In this document: positions 19,501 through 29,122 of the stretch, in pieces | Position numbering within the stretch: the first letter of the stretch is position 1 | Layout of the letters: each line of letters starts with the position of its first letter | Virus record (IMG/VR): IMGVR_UViG_3300031851_000017 | Coordinates: 2,054-66,053 of that record | DNA length: 64,000 bases | From: a virus | Taxonomy: Duplodnaviria > Caudoviricetes | Reading direction: 5' to 3' (one strand) | The notes under the pieces: generated by a model | Databases searched by the model: none | What the model was told of the DNA's origin: nothing | What the model saw: the letters and a program-made list of their open reading frames with translations, nothing else | Position numbers and translations under genes: made by a program

Positions 19501-21942
19501 ATTAACTGCTTGTGTTACTGTAATAAAATTCATTTTTGTGCTATCAGCAGATGGGTATGTATTTTTGGCAGTATTAAGACCGACAGCAGTAACGTTAGTT
19601 GCTATATCGGTTGCATTCGTAGCCACATTAGTTACGTTAGTTGCTATGTTTGTCGCATTAGTAGTTATACTACTCGACATTGTGTTTAGATTAAGTGCAG
19701 AATTAACGGTAAGGTGTCCTACTTTCGTAGCGTCTGCTGTTGGATATGTATTCTTAGCAGTATTAAGAGCAACTGCGGTTACATTAGTTGCTATGTTAGT
19801 TGTATTAGTTGCTAGATTAGTTACATTAGTGGCTATATTAGTCGCATTAGTTGTTATATCACTTGCCGCACTTCCTAATCCTACATCACTAGCAGTAGCA
19901 GCAGTAAGAGTCGCTGCTTGAATAGTTGCTTGACTAACATTAGTTACATTATCTAAATTTAAAGTTGCAGTAGTTATTTTAGAATTATCAAATATAACAT
20001 CAGCATTACTAGCATTTTGTATTACAACCGCAGTTCCACCATCATTAATTTCTAATTTACCTGCCGCATTTATTCCTAATGTTAAGTTATTAGAAAGTGC
20101 CTTACCTGCAATAGTTCTAGATGTAGGAACTTTTGCTGATAAATCAGTAGCCAAATCAGTAATCTTAGATTGCGCTAAAGTCGGTATTCTAGCAACATCA
20201 AATGAACCGCTTGTAATTTTAGCAGCAGATAAGTCGGGTAATATTGCTTCTGTTACAGCACCCATTAATTCTGTTAAACTTAATTTTTTAACTGCGCCCG
20301 AATCACTATTATCACGGAAAATTAAACTATCATTTGCTATATCTATACTAGACAATGCAGTTAAACCACTAATAATATCAGTAGTTCCAATGTTAGTATT
20401 TGTATCTGTATTTATTGCTGAAATATCTAGAGTCTGATTTGTTCCCCCCGATACAGTAGCAGTTATTGTTCCTCCACTCAAAGATAAACCGGAAAGAAAT
20501 TTATTTGTATCTGTTGTCATGTCATCAACAACAACATTGATTTTACCACTAGTATCATCGTAAGTAGCACCGACTCTTGTTTCTGTATTACTAGTAAACA
20601 TAGCACCTACAATATCTTGCACTGCTTCTGTTGATATTTGTGAATCAGTAGTAAATCCTAATCCTGTTACGAAAGTATGTATTTGGTCTGCCGTAGCCAA
20701 ACCCGTACCTCCATCAGCAATAGCACCCGTTGCTAAAGTAGCAGAAGCACCTAATCCTAGATTAGTTCTAGCGGTAGCGGCATCTTCTAAATCTGATAAA
20801 TTACTATTTTTTGTTAATTTAGTGCTTATGCTATTTGTTATTGTCGTAGAAAAATTAGCATCATCACCTAATGCCGCCGCTAATTCATTAAGCGTATCTA
20901 ATGCCGCCGGACTGCCATTCAATAAATTATTCAAACTACCGTCAACATACGCTTTTATTGATTGCTGACTAGCCGCTTTGATTGCACTATTGGAAGCCAT
21001 GTTATCTTCGTCTAGTAAATCTAGTTGTGTATTAGTATCAGTAGAAGTAATTGTAATATTGTTTGCATCAGTATGTGTAAGAGTAACATTAGAACCCGCT
21101 ACAAACTTAATATCTTGAGTTCCTGAACCTGCACCACTTTCTGTTAATCTTAATAATATGTCATCAGAAGAATCCACAAAAGATGTAGCATATTCATTTT
21201 GAGTATTATTATCAGCAATATAAGCAGGTGTTCCGAAAGTCCCGTCATGTTTTAGAAACTCTCCCGCATTACCTGCTGATGGTATTAGACCTCCGTTTCC
21301 TGTGGAAATAGCGGCAATTGAAGAAGTTACATCGGCAGTTCTTGCCAAAGTTCCTGTCGAAGAAGGAAGAGTAATAGTAGCAGAACCCTTTGTTAATGTT
21401 CCATCGGGATTAATTCTAGTAGTTTCAACACCACCATTTATTGCAGAAAAACTTCTTGATGTTTGTGTATAAGTTAAATATTGTATGTCATGTGTAGCAC
21501 TATTTGCTTCATCCTTATCGTATTTAACCATAGCAATAGGAATATCCCCTGCTGTTAATTCTGCTACCGTAGGAGTACTATTATTTCCTTTTCCTGATGT
21601 AGAACCATGTCTCCAAACTACTGTTTCATCACTGTCTTGTATAACTAACAGACCATACCAATCGGCACTATTTACAGAACCATTAGTATTATTCGTTTGT
21701 ATGTCAGTAGTAGTAGTTATTGTTCCATTAAATTTACCGTTTCTTAAATAGTTACCACTTGTTATAGTAAATTTAGTGAACCCTCCAACTGCTGTTTGTG
21801 TAATATTAAAACCGCTTAATATTCTATTTTCACCCATAGCAGTATTAAGAGTTTTAATTATACCTGTATGTATTGCATCTGTCCCATCTACTAATTGTGT
21901 ATCAGCCCCTAATCTACTAATAAATCCTGTATTGTTAACCAT
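13552..21942 (-). CDS. Giant tail fibre / adhesin (2796 aa)
   Basis: T/S/A/G/N-rich; fibre motifs ALDTLNELAAALGDD, DRVLVKNQSTASQNGIY, GSYDDLSNKP, PQLGGNLD, LPIATSSALGGIKVG; TNATNIA heptads. Confidence 0.88.
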   Translation of the reverse strand: MVNNTGFISRLGADTQLVDGTDAIHTGIIKTLNTAMGENRILSGFNITQTAVGGFTKFTITSGNYLRNGKFNGTITTTTDIQTNNTNGSVNSADWYGLLVIQDSDETVVWRHGSTSGKGNNSTPTVAELTAGDIPIAMVKYDKDEANSATHDIQYLTYTQTSRSFSAINGGVETTRINPDGTLTKGSATITLPSSTGTLARTADVTSSIAAISTGNGGLIPSAGNAGEFLKHDGTFGTPAYIADNNTQNEYATSFVDSSDDILLRLTESGAGSGTQDIKFVAGSNVTLTHTDANNITITSTDTNTQLDLLDEDNMASNSAIKAASQQSIKAYVDGSLNNLLNGSPAALDTLNELAAALGDDANFSTTITNSISTKLTKNSNLSDLEDAATARTNLGLGASATLATGAIADGGTGLATADQIHTFVTGLGFTTDSQISTEAVQDIVGAMFTSNTETRVGATYDDTSGKINVVVDDMTTDTNKFLSGLSLSGGTITATVSGGTNQTLDISAINTDTNTNIGTTDIISGLTALSSIDIANDSLIFRDNSDSGAVKKLSLTELMGAVTEAILPDLSAAKITSGSFDVARIPTLAQSKITDLATDLSAKVPTSRTIAGKALSNNLTLGINAAGKLEINDGGTAVVIQNASNADVIFDNSKITTATLNLDNVTNVSQATIQAATLTAATASDVGLGSAASDITTNATNIATNVTNLATNTTNIATNVTAVALNTAKNTYPTADATKVGHLTVNSALNLNTMSSSITTNATNIATNVTNVATNATDIATNVTAVGLNTAKNTYPSADSTKMNFITVTQAVNLDTMESGITTNATNVATNVTNIATNATNIATNAGNIFGGAFSNLTSKPTTLAGYGITDALAGTTAVDNVSVANLLARADDLTTNQATAFRTSIGAGSSVDSNDFVSAATFASGTITLARGSLADLTVDISAVNTDTNKFLSGLSLSGSTITATVTGGDNKTLDISSVNTDTNTMRTDAEITALADASAAVVKQGLDTKDSVRVTTTTNITLSGTQDIDSVSVIADDRVLVKNQSTASQNGIYLCKAGAWTRTTDADANADVTAGLYVWVEEGTTHADTGWILNNTGSITVGTTALTFTQFSGSATQLTANNGLTKTGSVLGLSQIATGNILANTSGSNAVPTVLSVPMISLITAADGAAVRGLISAGTSSFDGVYSSLTSKPTLFSGSYDDLSNKPTLLALGTTSSTALAGNTSLLAIGTTATTALAGNTSLFSGSYDDLSSKPTLLEIGTTSTTALAGNTAVLLDSDFASSGFMKTDGSGNYTIDSNTYITSQRAISSTPTDGATATAISSDWAYDNVRSVVPANAVFTDTNDDVSVANLKAALNSDFGGDIIFGTSADDKITIAGNLVVTGTTITNNVETVSTSNGVVFEGTTVDDNDMILKSAVAGVAKTVTIPNATFTIPTQDTTYTAGSGLALSGSNVFTPDLAATDIPNLDASKINAGTLDIERIPSITTAKITADAVTFAKLQNIGSTGDNNLLLGRNAADSGVISAINVPMISLLTAANASAARIALGATTVGSNLLTMSNIPTGAGTEDMFIRINNHSNQAETLNASDFRSAIGASASGTSNFGVGDITGATEFTGTLVDTDELIFNDGGVLSRMDFSVLKSNILSGIEASADVTDTANVTAAGALMDSEVDADIKSLALPANTTISTFGATLIDDADADTALATLGGTTTGIALLKSANPSTANSPAVPLFPRLNANNTITNLTASEMLSAIGGGTGGGSVTAVTGGVGFTVTNGTTTPDLTLDLSQISSATLATTDSLVGFVAGSGAGSNLKASSTIGNILSLIEIADDTSPQLGGNLDTNSHNIKIDDAHGILDEDGNELLLFTSPESSPVNYINIANKASGNAPILAATGSDTNVSLNIRPKGAGYVNFDEGDIQIGSTVLSATADELNVLNSLPAERFVGRKAHSGNAGSAEGMTVAQALTLLGVSSGAEPNVRANWAETTTSNDAFIQNKPDVDNVSVANLKTALGNAFGSNAVAIGTNATTVTIAGDLVVTGDTKYSNETIQIVEDNTLAFRAGDSNTYEVLLTADNPTSSDVTITLPVSAGDFTIPTQDTTYSVGDGGLTQNNFTNTLKNKLDNIATSANNYSLPIATSSALGGIKVGSNLTISSGVLSGTPDTVYSHPTHDGDDISIDTSGANVIDTLTITTNTLGHVTDASATTRALTLANLGFTGDTDATDDLTAAEIRTLVGTGNGGVLPSAGSSGTFLKHDGTYGTLPAKMAFTVRDSSDTDVLLADARFIKFNEGNGLDITFTDTDTGSTGDPFQLTFKVADDGIGAVQIADTAVTAGSYTNANITVDAQGRLTAASTGSGGGISWSTAVDANIIPDTDNAYDIGSATNEFRHGYFDGTVNCDGINIAGSMIAGNSSLYIIGGGSQESRANIFLPNNETNMKIQGSSSSNTDIILDTRYTSGTGEIQLKTKGSTRFSVGANGEFLVGGSAAGSSGQVLTSGGSSSAPSWTTVSGGIASLAADDTPQLGGDLDVNGNSIVSTSNANINITPNGTGIVDISTALEVGTGTYPLSSKGVVTIINDNADTYPSTLILMDNEDDATNGPVLTLYRNTASPSDNDILGKIQLNGEDSAGNPRAYGSIRQESPDVTDGTHDGTMFLNIAINGTQTDVVSVDGTGGYGGLTHNPSGIKTLGNVVGATSTANNNYITLLAVPHANFKAVKASVHITDSSNNEVQTMDVMCHYDGSAANFTEYGIIYDGAAPIGEIEVDINSSNIRIRFKNTQGSTANIAGSIHAVCHP
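18120..18380 (-). repeat. Repeated SGSYDDLSxKPTL / GTTxTTALAGNT units in the fibre
   Basis: YxxLxxKPTL and ALAGNT each occur three times in tandem. Confidence 0.8.
19400..19870 (-). repeat. Three tandem coiled-coil/neck modules with TNATNIA/TNVTNVA heptads inside the fibre
   Basis: ITTNATNIATNVTN heptad runs occur three times; the first two end in AV(A/G)LNTAKNTYP. Imperfect 21-nt periodicity in the DNA; boundaries approximate. Confidence 0.85.
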
Positions 21943-22307
21943 TATTTCAACTCCACTCTAATTGTAAAAGATACCGTATCAGATGCCGCGACTACGCCTG
22001 TGCTAGTGAATGTTACTCTTGTTAACATTACTCCCGAAGTATTAACATCAGTATCGCTGTTATTATGAAATATTCCCAATTCAGTTATTCCTGATGTTGG
22101 TATTTGAGAACCTAAGAAATCCACATTCCAAATTAAAGTCGAGCCGACTCTTGTAGGAGTAACATCAGTCGCATGAGTAAACACCACATGGTCTAAATTA
22201 GTTTGTGAAGGGGCAGTGCTATCTGAACCATCACCTATTTTTATCACTCTATATTTTTCTTGAATATAATTAGCAATTATATCCTCCTTACCTGCATTCA
22301 CTATCAT
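21942..22307 (-). CDS. Tail fibre attachment / tail-collar-like protein (DUF3751-like)
   Basis: KIGDG...PSQTNL...ITELGIF...MLTRVTF pattern; precedes the fibre gene. Confidence 0.6.
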   Translation of the reverse strand: MIVNAGKEDIIANYIQEKYRVIKIGDGSDSTAPSQTNLDHVVFTHATDVTPTRVGSTLIWNVDFLGSQIPTSGITELGIFHNNSDTDVNTSGVMLTRVTFTSTGVVAASDTVSFTIRVELK

Positions 22308-22309
22308 AC

Positions 22310-25300
22310 TTATACATCCTTTTCGCTCTTGTAGGTCTTTAATGTTGTTGACCCTGCTCCAAATCCTAATATAGTTGTAAAACCTAACGGATTAGAGAAT
22401 CCTAAATTACCTGTTGATGAAACTATTTTGTATTCTATTGTGCCGTTTTTGACTAAAAATGAATCAAAAACAGTTTTACCTACCACACTTTGTATAGAAT
22501 TTTTACCAAATAAAACCGAAGAATTAGAAGTTTGTTTATTAGTCAATTCACTCAACCTTTCTGCTATTGTTTTATTGAAAGTTCCAACTGTTATTGAAGA
22601 AATACCATCTAATATATTTTCTATTTCAAACACTTGATATTCATTTTTTGGTATGTTATGATTTGGAAAATCAAGAATTAGAATATCTCCGGCTTCCATC
22701 AATTCTAATCCTTCTTTTTGTATTTTTAATTTTATTTTTCTTATATCTGCGTTATGTATTTGTAATAATTGTTGAGATTTTATTTTCGCATCTAATATAG
22801 TTTTAATTGACGAATCAACATGGCGTATAGTCCTATTTCTACTATTTCTATCGTCTATTGGTATTTCTGATTCTGCTTTGACTCCATCACCAATGACAAT
22901 TATTTTATTTGCTTTATCAAAGAGAGATTTATTGCTTTCAACAGATATTAGATTATGACCTGTTTTATAACTAATTGAATATCTTCTAAGGCCATGTGTA
23001 TCTTCTATATCCTTTGCTACAAGTTCGTTATTAGTTATTTTAAAATCTAATCCTTTTTTACTCGCTAATAAATTAATAGCGTCAAAGGCGTTAGTATCAT
23101 TAAAATTTATATTAGAAACATGAGTTTTTCTTTCTCTTTTTATTATTTCATCAAAAGGTAGTGGGTCAAAAATCATATTATTAAAAGTGATAGTAGTAGA
23201 ACTAACAGAAGTAACTTCGCCAATTAAATAACCCTTCTGAGTGTATAAAACATCTCCCGCAACAACATTAATTGGACTATCTACTGTTGTCAATACACTA
23301 GAAGTAACGACATTTTGATTATTAGCATTGTGAGTAATTTTAGATACTAATACATTATTTACTATTTCAGCATCTACTACATTCGAGGTATAATTTCTAA
23401 AACTCTTTTCATAGTCAAAATCTAACCCTACTTCATTAGCAATGTTTTCTATTTCGTTTTCAATAATTCCACCGATACTAAATGTAGTGCCAATATAACA
23501 TTTAGAAGGTTTAAATGATAATTTTCTTGGAACATTTATATCTAAAATTTCTCCAAAAGAAACACAACCATCTCCATTTAACGTTCCATTATAATCAAAT
23601 CTTAATTTTTGTCCTGTTCCTGTGCCAACATATGAAACTGATAAAGACTTACTTTGAGAATTAAGTCCATCTGTAATATAACATTTCATCTCATCACCAT
23701 TAGTAAATAAACTAGAACTTATTGTTGATAAGTCTCTCCTATCCAAGTAATTATTTCCTGTAATATCTTCATCTATATTTAATAACATATACATAGAATA
23801 AATTCCTTCCGAATATTGATTTTTTATACTTGTATCTCCTGTTAAGAAATTAGAAATAATCTTATTATATTGCAGACCTTTATCTTGCATAACATTGATT
23901 TCAAAATAATTTGGCGTATCTTCAAATACTGTATCCGATATTCTCATCAACCTAAAATAATTTCCATGTTCAGAAATATCAATAGATTTATCAAATGTTA
24001 ATTTATGAGTATCGTATGTTCCTGTTTCATCAACTTCATGTGTTAATATTTTACCAATATAAACAGGTGTTCCTTTTTCTGTAACGTCTCCTAACATTAA
24101 AACTTCAGTTCCTATTGGTAGCACCAATGGAATATTAATTGTTAATGTATTAGTGCTAGTGTTATTAGCCGACCATGTAAAAGATGTTCCTAGTATAGAA
24201 CCTGTTCCAGTTGCAGGGAGACTTGAACTATCTTCTAAAATTATGTAATGTGTGTTACCAACCGTAGAACCCGCCCCACCTATCTTATGTCTTGTTGTAT
24301 TATTAGGTAAAGATTGATTATCTATAAGTTTACTACTTACAATATAAAACCCTTCTAAATTAGGCACAAAATTTAACCAATGGTGTGTGGAAGAAGTGTT
24401 CATAATGAATGTTTTTTCAGTTCCCATAGCAACATCAGAAGTAATATTAAATTGTGGTTTGATAAACATCTGTGCTGAATATAATTCTCCGTCATTTTTA
24501 GAATTATATGGTAGGGGGCTACCGTCCACATAAACAGCATTATCTGCTAGATGATGATTAGTTTTTCTGTCGGTAGTCGGGGTATGGCCTTCCCTGTAAG
24601 AAAAAGGATAGGACGCTGTTTTTGTTCCAATAAACGATAAATTATTACTAGTTCCCGCATAATTACTTCCTTTTATATTCATAATATTACTTGTATGTTG
24701 GTCTAAACTTAACCTTCCCGCAACTGTGCTTGCTAAGTTAGTAAACGAGTCAGATTTTAATGGACTACTAGTAAATTCCATTGTAGTATCGCTACCTTCT
24801 CTTGAACTTGTCATATCTTTAAAAATAGCAGTGCAGTTTTCATAAATATCACTACTAGGCCAAGCAATATTGTAAGGTCTTTGGTTTATAGTTTGGCCTG
24901 TATGATTATCTAAATGGGGCTTACATAAGGCAGAAAGAACCTTAGAAATATGATATTTTTGAAAAGTTAAATTATTATTATTATCATTAGTAGCCCCCGC
25001 AATACGCTCCAAGTGAAACGCTGAATTAATAAAATAATCAGTACCCGAAACATTAGATTCAGATACATTACTTATTAGAGGTAATAAAATATTAGGAGGA
25101 TTGTATTCATTTGAATTTCCACTTAATAGTGAAAAATTAAAATATGGACTCTCAAAACTAGGAGATGTCATATATATTCTAGACAAAACTAACTGAGGAA
25201 TAACCGTATTATTAGCCGCTATATTATCCTTTGTCAATAAATCCATTTTATTTCCTATTTGAGAATACAAATCATAATCGTCATAATCAGTCTGTCCGAC

Positions 25301-28300
25301 ACTAGGATTCCACCACTTTCTATATATTGGAATATTTATTCTAGGGGAAGCATTCAAACTATAAGCAGATTCAGCATCTACCGAATTAAAATGCCAATCA
25401 AATGTTGCTTCTACTAGTCTAATTACTCCCCATCTTTTAATTTGTGTAGGATTATCTAAAGAAGATTTAGATATTTCACTTATCTCATAGTTTTCATCTT
25501 CTCTTTTAGTAGAAAAAGTTTGACCGTTATAATCGTGATTAGTTTTAGTTTTACTTAAACCATTAATACCTTCAAACATAACACCAAAATTTTCTATTTT
25601 ATTTGAATCCGAAAAACCCAAATTGTTAAATCGTAATTTTGAAAACGGGAATAAATCACCCGTAGCATAGAAAGAATACGGTCTTGCCCTCCAATCATTG
25701 TTAACCAATTTTTTAATATTAGCAGTTGAAACTGTTTCATCAATATTAATTGTGTTATCGGCTCTTTTATACCAAGCAACTCCAATTTGAGAGTCCACGT
25801 TTTCGTTAAGACTTGTTGTTTTATTTGTATTTAAATCTCTTACTCCGTCTGCGAAAAGCATTACACCCGATGTATAACCTTTAATCTTAAATTCTCTATT
25901 ACTATCGTTATAAACAGGGTCTCCGTTAACATAATCATTAGGCGTTATTGTGCTATTATCAAATTGTTGTAAATCTGTATATCTTATTGTATGTTCGGGG
26001 GCATAATAATGCTGAAATTGTTTTTTTAATTTATGTATAAAACCACCCAACGGCATATTACTATTTAAGAAATATAAATTGTTATGGTCGTCAGGAGTAT
26101 CGTTGGCGACTGAAAGAAAACGTGAATCATAAGTATTTCTATCTTGCACACCCAATACAACAGGAAAGTTAGGAGCAATTTGAACTACATTTTTAGTATC
26201 GCTTACCTCATTTATGTTAACTACGTGAAACATTTCACTAGATAAAATATCTTTATTTGTAAGAGTTCTACTAGTTTCTTTTTCTTTTCCTATTCTTAAT
26301 AAATATCTACTAGAAGTAGTTGCAATATTAGTATTTGTAGAGCCGCCATTAAGACGATATTTATTTATTTTACTAGGATTAATAATATCAAATCCAAAAC
26401 TATCGTTATTTTGAAAATCCCCTTCATTAGAAGAAAGACTCAAGTTATGATATGAAAATTTATTAGTCGCGGCATTATATGTATAATTAATTCCTTTATT
26501 AAAAATTAAGCCTTTTTCTGATACACTAGAAAAATCTGTTGTTCTTTCTTCTTCTAGTATGTTGGTAGAAATTGCCTTTACTCCTGAAATAAATCTAGAA
26601 GCCTCGTTTAGAGGATTATAATAATACACATTAGAACCACTAGTAATATTAGTATATGTGTTATCTTTTAATGTAATAGTAGTAATTGAATTAGATACTG
26701 AATGACTGTTATATTCTCCAATTAATTCAAAAAAAGAATTAAAGAATAATGTATATTTTGTAAATGTTTGAGAACCATTAACCAATATTTGATTAGACTC
26801 TCCCTTATTTACAGTAGTTGATGAAGTGTAATAATTGTTCAAATCATCTAAATGTGGGTTTAATGTAGAATATACTATATCATCACTAAAATTTAAATTT
26901 TTATTTACCGTATTAGACAACAGTCTAGCCATTTCATCTCTTCCTGAAATAGTATAAGTCATCATTCCATTTTCATTTTTAGATTCTATATCTTCTACAT
27001 TGCCGTTAAATATTTCTTGATTAATAGTAAAACTTCCATTGTAGTAATACATTCTAGATATAGGAGTTTTTTGATAATATTGCTTTGAGACATCTAAAAC
27101 AGTAAGATATTTATGCACTCTATCTCCATAATTAATCCTAATATCATGTCCTCTTCTATTAGTTATAGATATTCTAGCATTATACAATTTTGTATTTTCT
27201 ATTTCTATTGTTTTATCCTCTAAAGTTAATCTATTATTCTGGTCGTTTCTTATCTTTGTATCTGCTAAAAACTCAACATTTAATTTATTATTAGAATAAG
27301 GAACTATGTAACACTCAGCATTTGTTACTATTTTAACACTATTACTTCCACTTAGCCCCCCAACTACTTTAACAAAAGTATTACTATCAACAGTTTTTAT
27401 TGCATCTAAATAAATTTTTTGAGTATTAGTTGAATAATTTCTAGTGCTGACACTAGAAACTACATAATTATAACCTTCAACTTCTATAATAGTTCCATCT
27501 GTTAAAACTGAATTGTAGTCATATTCACCTGTTAAATTATTTATATTTAAAACATTAGTCTCGAATGCAGTAGAAGTAACAGTATGTTCTATTTTTTTAA
27601 GTTTCATATTATCTGAGAATAACCCATTTCTAACTACCATTTTAGAACTCTCTTTGACTTTCAAATGCTGAGTTCCACTATTATCTAAACTCACAACAGT
27701 AGCCATTTTACTCATTTTATTTTTAGGATTATTTACTATTGTATCTAATGTCGTGGGAACTTTGTCATTTTTCAAGGAAGCAGATTTAAAATTAATATAA
27801 GTTGTAACTCCCTTTAAATTGCTACTTTTGTCCCAAACATTTCCGGTGGAAGAATACTCATCGGTTGTGCTTCTTCTCATTAAAGGAAATGCGGTGTGCC
27901 AAAAAATAGGGTTGAAATTATTGTCATCTTCATCATCAACTAATATATTATCTACAAGTATTGCATCTAATATACCCCTTCCCATGTTTTGTATTGTGCT
28001 GTCATATTTTTTCTCTGTTTTGAAAACTATGTTTTGTATCGTTTGGCCTATTTTTAGATTAGCATCTGTTGATTCTTGTATTGCTATTCTAGCAAAATCT
28101 AATCTAGCGTGATATACTCTACTTTCAATTGCTGCTAAGTTATCTCCCAAAGATTCTACGTTACCAATATATGTTCCACTAGAATTAAACAATGACATTC
28201 CTTCTGTCAACTTATCCCAATTTGCTTTCTTGGCCGTAGAAAACTCAATTTGTGGATTACTATTTCCCAATTGATAAATAGAGTGTTCATCTATAACACT

Positions 28301-29122
28301 AGTAGAAATTGTAGATAAAGTACTTTCCCAAACTCTATGCGAAGTAACAGTATATTTTGTATTATAATCTAATTGGTTTTTTTCTTGTAATCTATCATTG
28401 TAAAAATAAAATGTAGGAGTGTTTACATTGCAAACCTTATCATACTTATCAGTAGTCGCTAAGGCATCACCTCTCAATCCATAAGACACCGCGACTAAAT
28501 CAGTATCAACTTCGCCCGTTTTAGCCGCCCCTTTGTATATTTCAAATGTAGTTCCTTCGGGAATTTCACCATTGTATTTAGGGCTAAATTCTATACCATC
28601 ACCGAACTCATCAAATGAAACAATTCTTTTTATTTTAGCAAAATGCGCTCTAACATTGTCTTGACTAGACCCCGAACCATCTTCTTTATCAACAACATTA
28701 TAGTTTAACATAACAAAATAATCATAATTATCTATATCAATTCCTTTTCTATCAGCAGGGGTATTACTAAAATCATATGTAACCTTTATGTTAGTATTTC
28801 CATCAGGAAATAATTTATCATATATTTTAATTTTAAACGAAGGAGTATTTTCTTTATTCGTTCCTGACATTATTGCAGTTTGTATCGTGCCTTCTTTTCT
28901 AGGTGCAGTTCTTATTTCAGTATGTATTATTGAACTTGAAGGTGCGGATGAAGATAAATAATTAGTTTCGTCTTCTAAACCTACTGTATATAATGTAGGA
29001 TTTACTGAAACATTTTTGAATGCTTTTTCTTTAGCGTTAGAGCCATTTTTATCTGTATAAGTAGCAGTAACATCAGATTCACTCACACCCGTATTCAAAG
29101 GAAATAACATTCTTCCTGTCAT
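22310..29122 (-). CDS. Large tail-tip / baseplate hub protein (2270 aa)
   Basis: Hub-like motifs IFNGNVEDI...YTISGRD, NAFDAINLLA, ANKIIVIGDG, EAGDILIL; follows the TMP and Dit-like genes. Confidence 0.7.
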   Translation of the reverse strand: MTGRMLFPLNTGVSESDVTATYTDKNGSNAKEKAFKNVSVNPTLYTVGLEDETNYLSSSAPSSSIIHTEIRTAPRKEGTIQTAIMSGTNKENTPSFKIKIYDKLFPDGNTNIKVTYDFSNTPADRKGIDIDNYDYFVMLNYNVVDKEDGSGSSQDNVRAHFAKIKRIVSFDEFGDGIEFSPKYNGEIPEGTTFEIYKGAAKTGEVDTDLVAVSYGLRGDALATTDKYDKVCNVNTPTFYFYNDRLQEKNQLDYNTKYTVTSHRVWESTLSTISTSVIDEHSIYQLGNSNPQIEFSTAKKANWDKLTEGMSLFNSSGTYIGNVESLGDNLAAIESRVYHARLDFARIAIQESTDANLKIGQTIQNIVFKTEKKYDSTIQNMGRGILDAILVDNILVDDEDDNNFNPIFWHTAFPLMRRSTTDEYSSTGNVWDKSSNLKGVTTYINFKSASLKNDKVPTTLDTIVNNPKNKMSKMATVVSLDNSGTQHLKVKESSKMVVRNGLFSDNMKLKKIEHTVTSTAFETNVLNINNLTGEYDYNSVLTDGTIIEVEGYNYVVSSVSTRNYSTNTQKIYLDAIKTVDSNTFVKVVGGLSGSNSVKIVTNAECYIVPYSNNKLNVEFLADTKIRNDQNNRLTLEDKTIEIENTKLYNARISITNRRGHDIRINYGDRVHKYLTVLDVSKQYYQKTPISRMYYYNGSFTINQEIFNGNVEDIESKNENGMMTYTISGRDEMARLLSNTVNKNLNFSDDIVYSTLNPHLDDLNNYYTSSTTVNKGESNQILVNGSQTFTKYTLFFNSFFELIGEYNSHSVSNSITTITLKDNTYTNITSGSNVYYYNPLNEASRFISGVKAISTNILEEERTTDFSSVSEKGLIFNKGINYTYNAATNKFSYHNLSLSSNEGDFQNNDSFGFDIINPSKINKYRLNGGSTNTNIATTSSRYLLRIGKEKETSRTLTNKDILSSEMFHVVNINEVSDTKNVVQIAPNFPVVLGVQDRNTYDSRFLSVANDTPDDHNNLYFLNSNMPLGGFIHKLKKQFQHYYAPEHTIRYTDLQQFDNSTITPNDYVNGDPVYNDSNREFKIKGYTSGVMLFADGVRDLNTNKTTSLNENVDSQIGVAWYKRADNTINIDETVSTANIKKLVNNDWRARPYSFYATGDLFPFSKLRFNNLGFSDSNKIENFGVMFEGINGLSKTKTNHDYNGQTFSTKREDENYEISEISKSSLDNPTQIKRWGVIRLVEATFDWHFNSVDAESAYSLNASPRINIPIYRKWWNPSVGQTDYDDYDLYSQIGNKMDLLTKDNIAANNTVIPQLVLSRIYMTSPSFESPYFNFSLLSGNSNEYNPPNILLPLISNVSESNVSGTDYFINSAFHLERIAGATNDNNNNLTFQKYHISKVLSALCKPHLDNHTGQTINQRPYNIAWPSSDIYENCTAIFKDMTSSREGSDTTMEFTSSPLKSDSFTNLASTVAGRLSLDQHTSNIMNIKGSNYAGTSNNLSFIGTKTASYPFSYREGHTPTTDRKTNHHLADNAVYVDGSPLPYNSKNDGELYSAQMFIKPQFNITSDVAMGTEKTFIMNTSSTHHWLNFVPNLEGFYIVSSKLIDNQSLPNNTTRHKIGGAGSTVGNTHYIILEDSSSLPATGTGSILGTSFTWSANNTSTNTLTINIPLVLPIGTEVLMLGDVTEKGTPVYIGKILTHEVDETGTYDTHKLTFDKSIDISEHGNYFRLMRISDTVFEDTPNYFEINVMQDKGLQYNKIISNFLTGDTSIKNQYSEGIYSMYMLLNIDEDITGNNYLDRRDLSTISSSLFTNGDEMKCYITDGLNSQSKSLSVSYVGTGTGQKLRFDYNGTLNGDGCVSFGEILDINVPRKLSFKPSKCYIGTTFSIGGIIENEIENIANEVGLDFDYEKSFRNYTSNVVDAEIVNNVLVSKITHNANNQNVVTSSVLTTVDSPINVVAGDVLYTQKGYLIGEVTSVSSTTITFNNMIFDPLPFDEIIKRERKTHVSNINFNDTNAFDAINLLASKKGLDFKITNNELVAKDIEDTHGLRRYSISYKTGHNLISVESNKSLFDKANKIIVIGDGVKAESEIPIDDRNSRNRTIRHVDSSIKTILDAKIKSQQLLQIHNADIRKIKLKIQKEGLELMEAGDILILDFPNHNIPKNEYQVFEIENILDGISSITVGTFNKTIAERLSELTNKQTSNSSVLFGKNSIQSVVGKTVFDSFLVKNGTIEYKIVSSTGNLGFSNPLGFTTILGFGAGSTTLKTYKSEKDV

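Noticed and set aside
12519-21942. Diversity-generating retroelement acting on the fibre
   Set aside because: No reverse transcriptase and no TR/VR pair differing at adenines seen in the window.
14735-21961. Many + strand ORFs inside the fibre gene (e.g. 19415..19921)
   Set aside because: Antisense shadows of repetitive T/N/A codons; no RBS and V/L/A-biased composition.
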